Below are positions 29,211-38,052 of a stretch of DNA of 64,000 nucleotides, piece after piece (within the stretch, counting starts at the first letter, position 1; every line of letters begins with the position of its first letter). The notes beneath the pieces are model-generated. The model was not told the origin of the DNA. It worked only from the letters and a program-made list of their open reading frames with translations, and did not search any database. The position numbers and the translations under genes are program-made. Source of the DNA: Candidatus Uhrbacteria bacterium RIFCSPLOWO2_01_FULL_47_17 (GTDB taxonomy: Bacteria; Patescibacteriota; Patescibacteriia; UBA9934; GWF2-40-263); contig MGEI01000003.1 of the NCBI GenBank assembly GCA_001791305.1, forward strand, positions 112,872 through 176,871, given 5' to 3'.

Positions 29211-30323
29211 ATGAATAACAAACCAAAGGTACTCCTCGGAATGTCCGGTGGCGTGGACTCAAGTGTGTCTGCGGTTTTGTTGTTGGAACAAGGGTATGAG
29301 GTGATTGGCGCGTTTATGAAAAACTGGTCGGGGGATGTGAATGGGCCGGAAGTGAAGGGAACGGATCGCATTGGGACTAGCTTTGAGGAATGTGGATGGA
29401 AGACGGAACGAAGAGATGCTATGCGCGTTGCAGCCCAACTCGGCATTCCATTTCTCACATTTGACTTCGAAGCCGAATATCGCCGCGATGTTGTTGAATA
29501 CATGTTCCGCGAGTTTGAAGCTGGCCGCACACCGAATCCGGATGTCATGTGCAATCGCTACATGAAGTTCGACTTATTTTTGAAAGAAGCCTATAAGCTT
29601 GGCTGCGAGTTTATCGCGACAGGGCACTACGCTCGCGTCGAGGAAGGCCGCATCCTAAAAGGCATCGACCCAAATAAAGACCAAACCTATTTTTTGTGGG
29701 CAATCAATAAAGCTGTGTTGCCTCGCGTATTTTTTCCGATCGGGCATCTCGAGAAGCCAACGGTTCGAGAAATTGCCGCAAAGCACAACCTAGAAGTCGC
29801 AACTAAAAAAGATTCCACAGGAATCTGTTTTGTGGGTGAAGTGGACATGCGTGAGTTTTTAAAAGCGCGCATGAAAGAAGAACCTGGAAATGTTGTGACA
29901 ACGGAAGGAAAGATCATCGGCAAACACGTTGGCGTGAATTTTTACACCATCGGTCAACGTCATGGACTCGACATTGGTGGCGGAGATCCTTACTACGTCG
30001 TCGAAAAACGACGCGAGACAAACGAGATTGTTGTCGGAAGCAACTTCCATCCCGCGTTGTTTCGTCGAGAGCTCACAGCTTCGCAGCTGAACTGGTTCAC
30101 GGCCCCCTCCCCCTTCGAGGGAGAGGGCGGGGGGAGAGGGGTCGCACTCGAATGTGAAGCACGCCTCAGACACCGCCAGCCGGTACAGAAGTGCGTCGTT
30201 TCTCGAGCAGGTGACGATCAAGTCCTCGTCGCATTCCCAGAACCACAGCGCGCAGTGACCCCAGGTCAGTCGATCGTCTTTTATGTCGGCGATGAAATGA
30301 TCGGCGGCGGAATCATCGATTAA
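29211..30323 (+). CDS. mnmA: tRNA 2-thiouridine synthase MnmA
   Basis: GMSGGVDSS, GRTPNPDVMCN, ATGHYAR, KDQTYFL, DSTGICF, TPGQS. Confidence 0.98.
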   Translation: MNNKPKVLLGMSGGVDSSVSAVLLLEQGYEVIGAFMKNWSGDVNGPEVKGTDRIGTSFEECGWKTERRDAMRVAAQLGIPFLTFDFEAEYRRDVVEYMFREFEAGRTPNPDVMCNRYMKFDLFLKEAYKLGCEFIATGHYARVEEGRILKGIDPNKDQTYFLWAINKAVLPRVFFPIGHLEKPTVREIAAKHNLEVATKKDSTGICFVGEVDMREFLKARMKEEPGNVVTTEGKIIGKHVGVNFYTIGQRHGLDIGGGDPYYVVEKRRETNEIVVGSNFHPALFRRELTASQLNWFTAPSPFEGEGGGRGVALECEARLRHRQPVQKCVVSRAGDDQVLVAFPEPQRAVTPGQSIVFYVGDEMIGGGIID

Positions 30324-30352
30324 AAACCATCAACGTTGCGTTGATGGTTTTT
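30322..30352. terminator. Bidirectional terminator
   Basis: AAAAACCATCAACG...CGTTGATGGTTTTT. Confidence 0.8.
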
Positions 30353-30954
30353 TATTTTCCCTCCGCCCACAAGTAAAACTCTTTTCGCGGATCTGTTTTT
30401 TCGTTGAACTTTGTTTCTACTACAACGGGAGGGTTTACATCTGTAATTGTGATTGGGCCTGTCACTTCGAATGTTTGGTTGAGAAGGGGAATGGTTGTTT
30501 GGATGCTACCTGTGCTTTCGAGAAATAAGGGAATAACACTCGTTTGATGTTTGAAGTCGTAGCCGATGAATGACGCACGTCCGGTAACGCGATGCTCTGC
30601 TGTTGGTGTGTCGACTTCGAGGTTTCCTCCGTTGTTCACGTTGACGAGAATACGTCCGTGTCCAAATCCGATGCGGACGTTTTGTTTTGAAAGTGACTCG
30701 AGTTTGAGGTTTGTGAGTTCGTCAAGATTCACTCGCACAGATTCACCAATGAGCAGCTCAACAAATTCCCCTTTGCCTGTCCGAACCGTTTCCCCACGGC
30801 GGAAAACATGGTTTTCCGCATACGTCTTATAGGTCAAATAGGTCCTACTTCGAGAAACCCGCGCTTCAACTTGCGGCCCAACATCAACTCGGTTCATGAC
30901 AAGAAGTCCGAACACACAGAGGATAAACGCGATTGCGAGGATGTTTTTGCGCAT
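30352..30954 (-). CDS. FecR-domain membrane-anchored protein
   Basis: N-terminal TM; GETVRTG..VELLIG.SVRVNLDELT, LEVDTPTA. Confidence 0.7.
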   Translation of the reverse strand: MRKNILAIAFILCVFGLLVMNRVDVGPQVEARVSRSRTYLTYKTYAENHVFRRGETVRTGKGEFVELLIGESVRVNLDELTNLKLESLSKQNVRIGFGHGRILVNVNNGGNLEVDTPTAEHRVTGRASFIGYDFKHQTSVIPLFLESTGSIQTTIPLLNQTFEVTGPITITDVNPPVVVETKFNEKTDPRKEFYLWAEGK

Positions 30955-30970
30955 GATAGAATCAGTTTAT

Positions 30971-31222
30971 ATGAAATATTTCTTTTACGGAACCGAATGT
31001 CCGCATTGTCATGTTATGTTGCCGCTTGTTGAGAAACTCAACAAAGAAGGGGCGAAGATTGAGATCCTTGAAACATGGCATAATGCCGAGAACGCAAAAA
31101 AACTCGAGACTTTCGACACTGGACTCTGTGGCGGTGTTCCATTTTTTTATAATGCGAAGTCTAAAAAATTTCTCTGTGGTGAGGCGACAGAAAAAGAAGT
31201 CCGCGATTGGGCGGACTCCTGA
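30971..31222 (+). CDS. Small thioredoxin/glutaredoxin-like protein
   Basis: FYGTECPHC active site and GVPFF cis-Pro loop; start at ATG 30971. Confidence 0.85.
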   Translation: MKYFFYGTECPHCHVMLPLVEKLNKEGAKIEILETWHNAENAKKLETFDTGLCGGVPFFYNAKSKKFLCGEATEKEVRDWADS

Positions 31223-31226
31223 TTCG

Positions 31227-32123
31227 TTAAATTTCGAAACGCAACATCCAATGCGGATTGGTTTCTACCTGTAAATCCAGGTAGATTTTTTTGCCCATGA
31301 CGGCTTCAAGTTCTTTGCGCGTGGATTGTCCAATCTCGCGGATCCCACGTCCGCCTTGGCCTATGATCATACGCTTGTAGCGATCTTCGGTTGTGAAGAC
31401 GGTTGCTGCAATGTACATCACATTATTTTCGCGTTCTTCCATCGCCGTAACCTCGACATGCACCGTGTACGGAACTTCTTGGCGCAATCGCAGATACAGT
31501 TTTTCACGAATCAACTCGGCAACCCAGACGTTGTTCGCCATGTTTGTGATTTGATATGCAGGGTAGAATTGTTCTCCTTCTGGCAAAAGTTCGAAGAGTT
31601 TGTCGATAAGCGGCTTGATGTGTACGCTTTCTTTCGCCGACACTTCAAACGTGTAATCAAACTTGTCAGAAAGGTCGCGGTAAAAGTCGAGGTATGGTTT
31701 GTTCATGTCATCCATTTTATTGATGACCATGATTTTTGGTTTGTCGATTTGTTCCACCATACGCAACATCGACTTTTCTTCGTCGCCAATCACACGTGTT
31801 GGATCTGCGACATACATGAGAATGTCGACATCCGCGAGGGCATTCTTGAGCGACTCCGTGAGCGCCTTCGAGAGCGCGTCTTTCGCGCCTTTTAACATTC
31901 CCGGAGTATCAACGAACACGATTTGCCCTTCGTCGCGTGTAAGAATTCCATGAATCGGCAAACGTGTTGTTTGAGGTTTTGGCGAAGTAATCGCAACTTT
32001 TGAACCGACAAGCGCGTTCATAAGTGTAGACTTTCCAACGTTTGATCGTCCGACGATCACAACGAACCCTGCTTTTGTTTTAGGTTTTTCGATTTCTGCT
32101 TCTGAGGTAGGAGAGATTGTCAT
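31227..32123 (-). CDS. era: GTPase Era
   Basis: GRSNVGKST, PQTTR, DTPG, NKMD, KH domain (QEVPY, IIGQGG). Confidence 0.97.
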   Translation of the reverse strand: MTISPTSEAEIEKPKTKAGFVVIVGRSNVGKSTLMNALVGSKVAITSPKPQTTRLPIHGILTRDEGQIVFVDTPGMLKGAKDALSKALTESLKNALADVDILMYVADPTRVIGDEEKSMLRMVEQIDKPKIMVINKMDDMNKPYLDFYRDLSDKFDYTFEVSAKESVHIKPLIDKLFELLPEGEQFYPAYQITNMANNVWVAELIREKLYLRLRQEVPYTVHVEVTAMEERENNVMYIAATVFTTEDRYKRMIIGQGGRGIREIGQSTRKELEAVMGKKIYLDLQVETNPHWMLRFEI

Positions 32124-32141
32124 AGAATATTTATTCTAAAA

Positions 32142-33272
32142 TTATTTAAGTTCGAGTTTCGTTACGAGTTCCACATGCGGCGTATGCGGGAACATGTCGA
32201 TGGCCTTCATGGCTGTTACGTTGTAGATCTCTTGCAATTGTACCATCTCACGCGCAAAGTTTTTTGGATTGCAGGAGACGTAAATAATGGTTATTGGTTT
32301 GTGTTTGATGACGTCCGCGAGGGCGCGATCATGCATGCCGGAACGCGGAGGATCAAGAATGACGATGTCTGCATTGTGTTTTGACCAGTCGTAATCTTCC
32401 GTTGGTGCGGCGAAAAATTCTGGCGAAACATTGTTGAGGATCGCGTTTGTTTTCGCGTCTTCAATTGCCTCAGCATTCAGTTCGACGCCGATCATCTCGC
32501 GAGCGGAACTTGCAAGCGCGATTGAGAAGAACCCGGTTCCGCAGTACAAGTCGAGCACACGCTTGTCAGACACATCCCCACAAAATTCTTTGACGGTGTC
32601 GAGAAGCAAGTGTGATGCGTAGGAATTTGTTTGAAAAAAAGCGTTTGGGCTGATGCGATATTTGACACTCGAGATTTCTTCCTCGATGTAACCAGCACCC
32701 GAGATTGTTGTAAGTTCTGTTCCAAATGATGTATCCGAGTCTGTCGCATTGATGGACCAGATGAGAGTCGAAGGGGCTGCAAGGGCGGATAAGGCGGAAA
32801 GGGCTGAGAGGATTTGGGAACGTTCGTCTTCATTCGATGGCGCGCTTGTCACAAGCACGATCATCGTCTGTCCTGTTCGAGTTGCGCGAATTGTCGCATA
32901 TCGTAAAAGTCCAGTATGCGCTCGTCGATCATAGAACGAGAGACCACAAGTCTTTGCCCACTCTCTAACAAGAACAAAAAGGGCATCAATCTGCTCATCT
33001 GCGAGAAAGCATGTATGATTGTCGAGAACTTTCCACCACTTATCTTTTTGACGCATTCCGACTCGACCCTCAAAGTCGATGACGAAGTCCATGCGGTTGC
33101 GGTAATGCTCCAGTTTTGGTGATGGGAGAACCTCTTCACACTTCAAAGAAAGCCCTTTCAGCTTGAAAGAACCATTAATATCCGATACTTTCTGTATCAG
33201 CTGTTTCTCATAAGGGATGTGCGACCACGCGCACGAACCGCAAAGTTCTTTGTTTGGACAGAGGTGTGACAT
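32142..33272 (-). CDS. rlmD: 23S rRNA (uracil-5)-methyltransferase, RlmD/TrmA family
   Basis: CPNKELCGSC, YRNRM, AFFQTN, LDLYCGTG, LDPPRSG, YVSCNP, DMFPHTPHVE. Confidence 0.9.
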   Translation of the reverse strand: MSHLCPNKELCGSCAWSHIPYEKQLIQKVSDINGSFKLKGLSLKCEEVLPSPKLEHYRNRMDFVIDFEGRVGMRQKDKWWKVLDNHTCFLADEQIDALFVLVREWAKTCGLSFYDRRAHTGLLRYATIRATRTGQTMIVLVTSAPSNEDERSQILSALSALSALAAPSTLIWSINATDSDTSFGTELTTISGAGYIEEEISSVKYRISPNAFFQTNSYASHLLLDTVKEFCGDVSDKRVLDLYCGTGFFSIALASSAREMIGVELNAEAIEDAKTNAILNNVSPEFFAAPTEDYDWSKHNADIVILDPPRSGMHDRALADVIKHKPITIIYVSCNPKNFAREMVQLQEIYNVTAMKAIDMFPHTPHVELVTKLELK

Positions 33273-33313
33273 AGGATTTCGAGATGCTACCTTAATTCGA
33301 GCGTTTTATCAAT

Positions 33314-33341
33314 GGGAACCAAGGCTTAAGCCTCGGATTAC
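33314..33341 (-). repeat. GTAA-tagged REP-like palindrome, copy 2
   Basis: GGGAACCAAGGCTTAAGCCTCGGATTAC. Confidence 0.85.
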
Positions 33342-33347
33342 AAGAGT

Positions 33348-33800
33348 ATGATTCTGATTTCTCACAACATTCGATCACTCCACAATGTGGGCGCGTTCTT
33401 TCGAACTGCCGATGCATTTGGAGTCGAAAAGATCTATTTAACCGGCTACACAGGCTGCCCGCCCCGAAAAGAGATCGCGAAGACCGCTCTTGGATCTGAA
33501 CATCGCATTCTTTGGGAGCATCGTGAAGATCTCGACTCGTTGCTTCTCGAACTTAAGTCCGCTGGTAAGAAGCTTGTCGCGCTTGAGATTTCAGATCGTG
33601 CGATTCCTGTAAGTGCCCTCGAGATTTCGCTCGAGAATATTGTGCTGATTGTTGGTAGTGAAGTCGAAGGCATCTCGCCAGATCTTCTCGAACAATGTGA
33701 CGAGATCATCGAGATTCCCATGATCGGGACAAAAAAATCGCTCAACGTTTCTGTTGCAACGGGAATTGCTCTGTTTGCGATTGCAACGAAAATCAGATAA
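33348..33800 (+). CDS. SpoU/TrmH-family RNA methyltransferase
   Basis: NIRSLHNVGAFFRTAD, GSEVEG, IPMIG.KKSLNVSVA. Confidence 0.92.
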   Translation: MILISHNIRSLHNVGAFFRTADAFGVEKIYLTGYTGCPPRKEIAKTALGSEHRILWEHREDLDSLLLELKSAGKKLVALEISDRAIPVSALEISLENIVLIVGSEVEGISPDLLEQCDEIIEIPMIGTKKSLNVSVATGIALFAIATKIR

Positions 33801-33811
33801 ACTTGTCGTAT

Positions 33812-34546
33812 ATGCTTTCGATTGTTATTCCAACAAAGAATGAAGAAGAGTATTTGCCGAAACTTCTTGAATCTATTCGTCGTCAAACCGTTCAACCTAC
33901 AGAAATTATTGTTGCAGACGCGCATTCAACAGATCGAACACCAGAAATTGCTCGCTCATATGGCGCAAAAGTTGTAGAAGGCGGAATGCCTTCTGTCGGA
34001 CGTAATTTTGGAGCAAAGCACGCAACAGGTGATTTGATTTTGTTTCTCGACGCGGATGTAGAATTGCGTGATTCAACGTTTCTTGAAAAATCCATCAAAG
34101 AATTTAACGATCGCTGTCTCGGACTCGCAACATGCGATGTTTTTCCGTTGTCAGACGCCTACATCGATCATTTTCTCCACAAGGCCTACAATAAATACGT
34201 TCGCGCTTGGGGATCATTATTTCCGCACGCGCCTGGATTTTGCATGCTCGTAAAGCGTGAAGGGCACAACAAGATTATGGGATTCGATGAATCTGTCGTC
34301 TTTTGTGAGGACCATGACTACGCGCGTCGTTTTAAACGTGTCGGTAGATTCGGCCTTTTGAAATCAACAAAGATTCCGGTTTCCATTCGTCGACTTGACC
34401 GTGATGGTCGATTACAAATCGCCATAAAATATTTGCTTGCGGAATTACACCTTGCCTTTGTTGGTCCAATTCGTTCAAACAAATTCAACTATACGTTCGG
34501 ACACAGTAAGAAAATAAAGTCAAAAAGTGAAAGAGTCAAACAGTAA
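33812..34546 (+). CDS. Glycosyltransferase family 2
   Basis: SIVIPTKNEE, STDRT, FLDAD, EDHD. Confidence 0.9.
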   Translation: MLSIVIPTKNEEEYLPKLLESIRRQTVQPTEIIVADAHSTDRTPEIARSYGAKVVEGGMPSVGRNFGAKHATGDLILFLDADVELRDSTFLEKSIKEFNDRCLGLATCDVFPLSDAYIDHFLHKAYNKYVRAWGSLFPHAPGFCMLVKREGHNKIMGFDESVVFCEDHDYARRFKRVGRFGLLKSTKIPVSIRRLDRDGRLQIAIKYLLAELHLAFVGPIRSNKFNYTFGHSKKIKSKSERVKQ

Positions 34547-34556
34547 TTCTCCCCAC

Positions 34557-35120
34557 ATGTTCATTCCTCTCGTCATTCAACATCGCCACGTTCATTTGTC
34601 GAAGAAAGACCTTCGGCAATTATTTGGGGATGAAAAATCATTGGAAATTGAATCGGAACTTGAACATAAAGGTCAATACTTATATCGAGAAACGGTGAAT
34701 GTGGAAGGGAAGACAGGGGTTATTGAATCCGTGCGCATACTCGGGCCATCTCGAAGCAGCACACAAGTTGAACTATCGATTACGGACGCGTTTGCGATTG
34801 GTCTCAATGCACCAACGCGACAATCAGGAGATTTATCTCGAGCGGCAACGTGTAAACTCATTGGACCAGCAGGATCTGTTCGTGCGACATCATCTGTCAT
34901 TGTGCCTGCGCGTCATTTGCATTGTTCCGATCGCGTCGCCAAAAAACTTCGCCTGAAAAATCACCATGTGGTAACATTACGACATGCAGAAAAGTCGGAT
35001 GTCGTCTTATCACACGTCTTTGTACGCGTTCATCCAACCTTCGCTCTCGAACTCCACCTAACATCCGATGAAGCCGCTCATCACTGGCTTCATTCCGGTG
35101 ATCTTTTTGAACTATGTTAA
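34557..35120 (+). CDS. pduL: PduL-family phosphate acyltransferase
   Basis: RHVHLS, VRILGP.R..TQVELS.TDA, RHLH, LHL..DEA. Confidence 0.85.
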   Translation: MFIPLVIQHRHVHLSKKDLRQLFGDEKSLEIESELEHKGQYLYRETVNVEGKTGVIESVRILGPSRSSTQVELSITDAFAIGLNAPTRQSGDLSRAATCKLIGPAGSVRATSSVIVPARHLHCSDRVAKKLRLKNHHVVTLRHAEKSDVVLSHVFVRVHPTFALELHLTSDEAAHHWLHSGDLFELC

Positions 35121-36391
35121 AACGTTTTGGGTTTTTCGCCCTTTCCGCCTTTTTCGCCCTTTCCGCCCCTGCCCTCGCTCATGCTGCGACGGCTGATTTG
35201 CGCGTTGTCCCTGCGGATATTCGTTTTTCAAAGTCAACACTGATTGTGGGGGACTCGATTCGTATTTATACAAAAGTACAAAACGTTGGAACCATTGACG
35301 TCACAGGATACGTGACCTTTTATCAAGGAAGTTCGGTAATTGAAGAACCGCAAGTCATTTCCGTTGTCGCGGGAAGTGATCCAGAAGAGGTTTTTGTGGA
35401 TTTTATCGTTCCAGAAGGCCAGTTTAATATACGAACAGTCATAAGTGGAACAAAACCAGCGGATGCAAATTTGGACAACAATGTAGCAATTACAGGAATG
35501 TTTACACCTATTCCAGATAAAGATCGTGACGGAAAGCAGGATGCTTCTGACAATTGTCCAACGGTGGCAAACGCAGATCAAGCAAATTTGGATGGTGATA
35601 CGTTTGGTGATGCATGTGATGATGACATTGATGGAGATGGACTCACAAATGCGGTTGAGGCCGAACTTGGAACGAACACGAAGGCAAAGGATACGGATGG
35701 TGATGCGGTGAATGATCCACAAGATGCCTATCCGCTTGATCCAAAACGAACCGTGATCGAAAAACCTGTACCCGTGAAAGTAGTTCCAAAACCTGCGCCA
35801 GAACAAAAAACAACAACGCAACAAACAGCTCAGGCAGAATCTCTTGCGACCACAAACAATACGGCAGCGCCTGATGCTCCGTTATCTTCTACAACAAATA
35901 CTTCCAGTTCAGTGTCTGTCTTAACCGTCGCCGTCGACGATCTCTCTGAACAGAGTGAATCTTCAAACAAGAATGTTTCTCCAAACGCCATTTTTACGTA
36001 TGAAAAAATATCTTGGAATACGTTTGTTTTTCGATTGATTGCCCCTGTTCAAGAGCGTTTCGTTTATGATTGGAATTTTGGGGATGGTGTTCGTTCAAGT
36101 AAAACAGAAGTGACTCACACATACGCAAAGCCTGGTTCTTATACGGTCACGCTCAAGACAACAGATGAAAGGGGAGTCATTTCAGAGGAATCTGCACAAG
36201 TCCACATTGCATTTTTTACCTTTTCAAACCCACTCGTTTGGCTTATTGTTTCATTGCTTGGCATGGCGCTCGTTGCCGCCTTTGTGGTTTGGTTAAAGAC
36301 GAAAACAAAAAAGAACATTAAAAAGAAAGTTAAAATAACAGAATCAGCAGAAGATACAGAATTAAAAAAAATTCATGTTAAAGAAGAGTAG
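35114..36391 (+). CDS. Cell-surface protein with CARDB-like, TSP type-3 Ca-binding repeat and PKD domains plus C-terminal TM
   Basis: Signal peptide; DNCPTVANADQANLDGDTFGDACD; WNFGDG..HTYAKPGSYTVTL; TM followed by a Lys-rich tail. Confidence 0.85.
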   Translation: MLKRFGFFALSAFFALSAPALAHAATADLRVVPADIRFSKSTLIVGDSIRIYTKVQNVGTIDVTGYVTFYQGSSVIEEPQVISVVAGSDPEEVFVDFIVPEGQFNIRTVISGTKPADANLDNNVAITGMFTPIPDKDRDGKQDASDNCPTVANADQANLDGDTFGDACDDDIDGDGLTNAVEAELGTNTKAKDTDGDAVNDPQDAYPLDPKRTVIEKPVPVKVVPKPAPEQKTTTQQTAQAESLATTNNTAAPDAPLSSTTNTSSSVSVLTVAVDDLSEQSESSNKNVSPNAIFTYEKISWNTFVFRLIAPVQERFVYDWNFGDGVRSSKTEVTHTYAKPGSYTVTLKTTDERGVISEESAQVHIAFFTFSNPLVWLIVSLLGMALVAAFVVWLKTKTKKNIKKKVKITESAEDTELKKIHVKEE

Positions 36392-38012
36392 TCTGTTTCA
36401 GATGTTTAAGGCGGAATCAACAACCGTCATTGGCGCGGCTGTCTTGGTCGGTCTCTTTTCCTTTCTGAGTCGGTTGGTCGGACTCATTCGTGATCGAGTC
36501 CTTGCGGGAATGTTTGGAGCCGGAAATATGCTTGATATTTACTACGCAGCATTTAAAGTGCCAGATTTTTTGTTTAACCTGATTGTGATTGGTGCGCTCT
36601 CCGCAAGTTTTATTCCAATGTTCACGCGCCATTATCAACAATCAGCTCACCATGAACGTGCATGGAAATTCACAAATAACATGCTGAATTTGATTGGAGT
36701 AGGAATGGTCGTGCTTGCCGTCATCTTGTTTATTTTCGCAAATCACATCGCCGTGTTTGTTGCTCCTGGTTTTGATCATTTGAAGCAAGCGCAAGTGGCA
36801 TCGTTTACGCGCGTCATGCTGTTATCGCAGATTTTTCTTGCAATTTCGATGGTCTATGGAGGAGTTCTGCAGAGCATGAAACGGTTTTTCTTGTATTCTC
36901 TCGCTCCCATTTTTTATAATGTTGGAATCATTTTTGGAGCTCTTTTTTTTGTCCGCTGGTTTGGAACGATTGGTCTTGCATACGGGGTTGTATTTGGTGC
37001 CATGTTGCACATGGGAATTCAGTGCATTGGTCTTAGAGGAACAGGGTACCGCTATCAACCCATGTTTCAGGTGCGCGACAGAGACACACAAACCGTTTTG
37101 CGAACTATGTTGCCACGCATGATTGGCATCGGAACGAATCAAATTTTGTTTTTGATTTTGACGATTATCGCATCAACCCTTGCGGTTGGAAGTGTGACGG
37201 TTTTCCAATTCGCTTACAATGTTGAGTTTTTTCCTATTGGTATTTTTGGCGTGTCCTACGCGATCGCCGTGTTTCCAACGTTTGCGGAACATGTTGCGGC
37301 GAATAAAATGGAAAAATTTCAAACCGTTTTTGCGTCGAGCATCCGACAGCTTTTGTTTTTTATGATTCCGGCCACGATTGCATTTCTTTTGCTTCGTGCA
37401 CAAATCGTGAGGCTTGTGGTTGGGGCAGGGGCATTTGATTGGAATGCAACGATTTTAGCGGCGGATACTCTTGCATTTTTTGCTCTCACGTTTATTCCAC
37501 AATCTTGCGTGTATATTTTGTCTAGAGCTTTTTTTGCGTTACAAGACACCGTCACGCCTCTTACAGCCGCAATCGTTTCCGCCATGCTTGGAATCACCTC
37601 AGCGTTTTTGTTCACAAAAACATACGGCGTGATTGGGCTTGCAATGGCATTTGGTGTTGCCGAGACGGTAAATGCAGGATTGCTCTGGATTTTGCTTCGG
37701 CAAAAAACAGGTTCGCTCCATGAAATGAATATCCTGGAAGGATTATTTAAACTCATTCCCGCTGCATTGCTTTCCGGAATCGCCATGTATGCCGTTCGTG
37801 CCTTTGTAAGTTCGTTTATTGCGCTTGATACGTTTTTAAACGTTTTGACGCAAACGCTTATTACGGGCATTGCGGGCGCAGCTGTGTATCTCAGCATCCT
37901 CACTCTTTTGCGCTCCGAAGAACTTCACACACTTTTTGCTTCCCTCACACGTCGACAGCTTCAACAAGCTGCACCTATTGAAGTCACAAACTCCACAGAC
38001 GGAACCGCTTGA
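36375..38012 (+). CDS. murJ: Lipid II flippase MurJ
   Basis: SRLVGLIRD, YAAFKVPD, GALSASFIP, RAFFALQDT.TP. Confidence 0.95.
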   Translation: MLKKSSLFQMFKAESTTVIGAAVLVGLFSFLSRLVGLIRDRVLAGMFGAGNMLDIYYAAFKVPDFLFNLIVIGALSASFIPMFTRHYQQSAHHERAWKFTNNMLNLIGVGMVVLAVILFIFANHIAVFVAPGFDHLKQAQVASFTRVMLLSQIFLAISMVYGGVLQSMKRFFLYSLAPIFYNVGIIFGALFFVRWFGTIGLAYGVVFGAMLHMGIQCIGLRGTGYRYQPMFQVRDRDTQTVLRTMLPRMIGIGTNQILFLILTIIASTLAVGSVTVFQFAYNVEFFPIGIFGVSYAIAVFPTFAEHVAANKMEKFQTVFASSIRQLLFFMIPATIAFLLLRAQIVRLVVGAGAFDWNATILAADTLAFFALTFIPQSCVYILSRAFFALQDTVTPLTAAIVSAMLGITSAFLFTKTYGVIGLAMAFGVAETVNAGLLWILLRQKTGSLHEMNILEGLFKLIPAALLSGIAMYAVRAFVSSFIALDTFLNVLTQTLITGIAGAAVYLSILTLLRSEELHTLFASLTRRQLQQAAPIEVTNSTDGTA

Positions 38013-38052
38013 TCTAGACGTTCTTGTCACCCTTTTGTACAATCCATCCATT

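Noticed and set aside
30971-31222. CPHC protein as the DsbA-like oxidase for the Cys-rich lipoproteins
   Set aside because: No signal peptide or TM, so probably cytoplasmic; no positional link
37870-38052. N-terminal extension of AlaS
   Set aside because: Overlaps murJ; the true start at 38053 follows TACAAT
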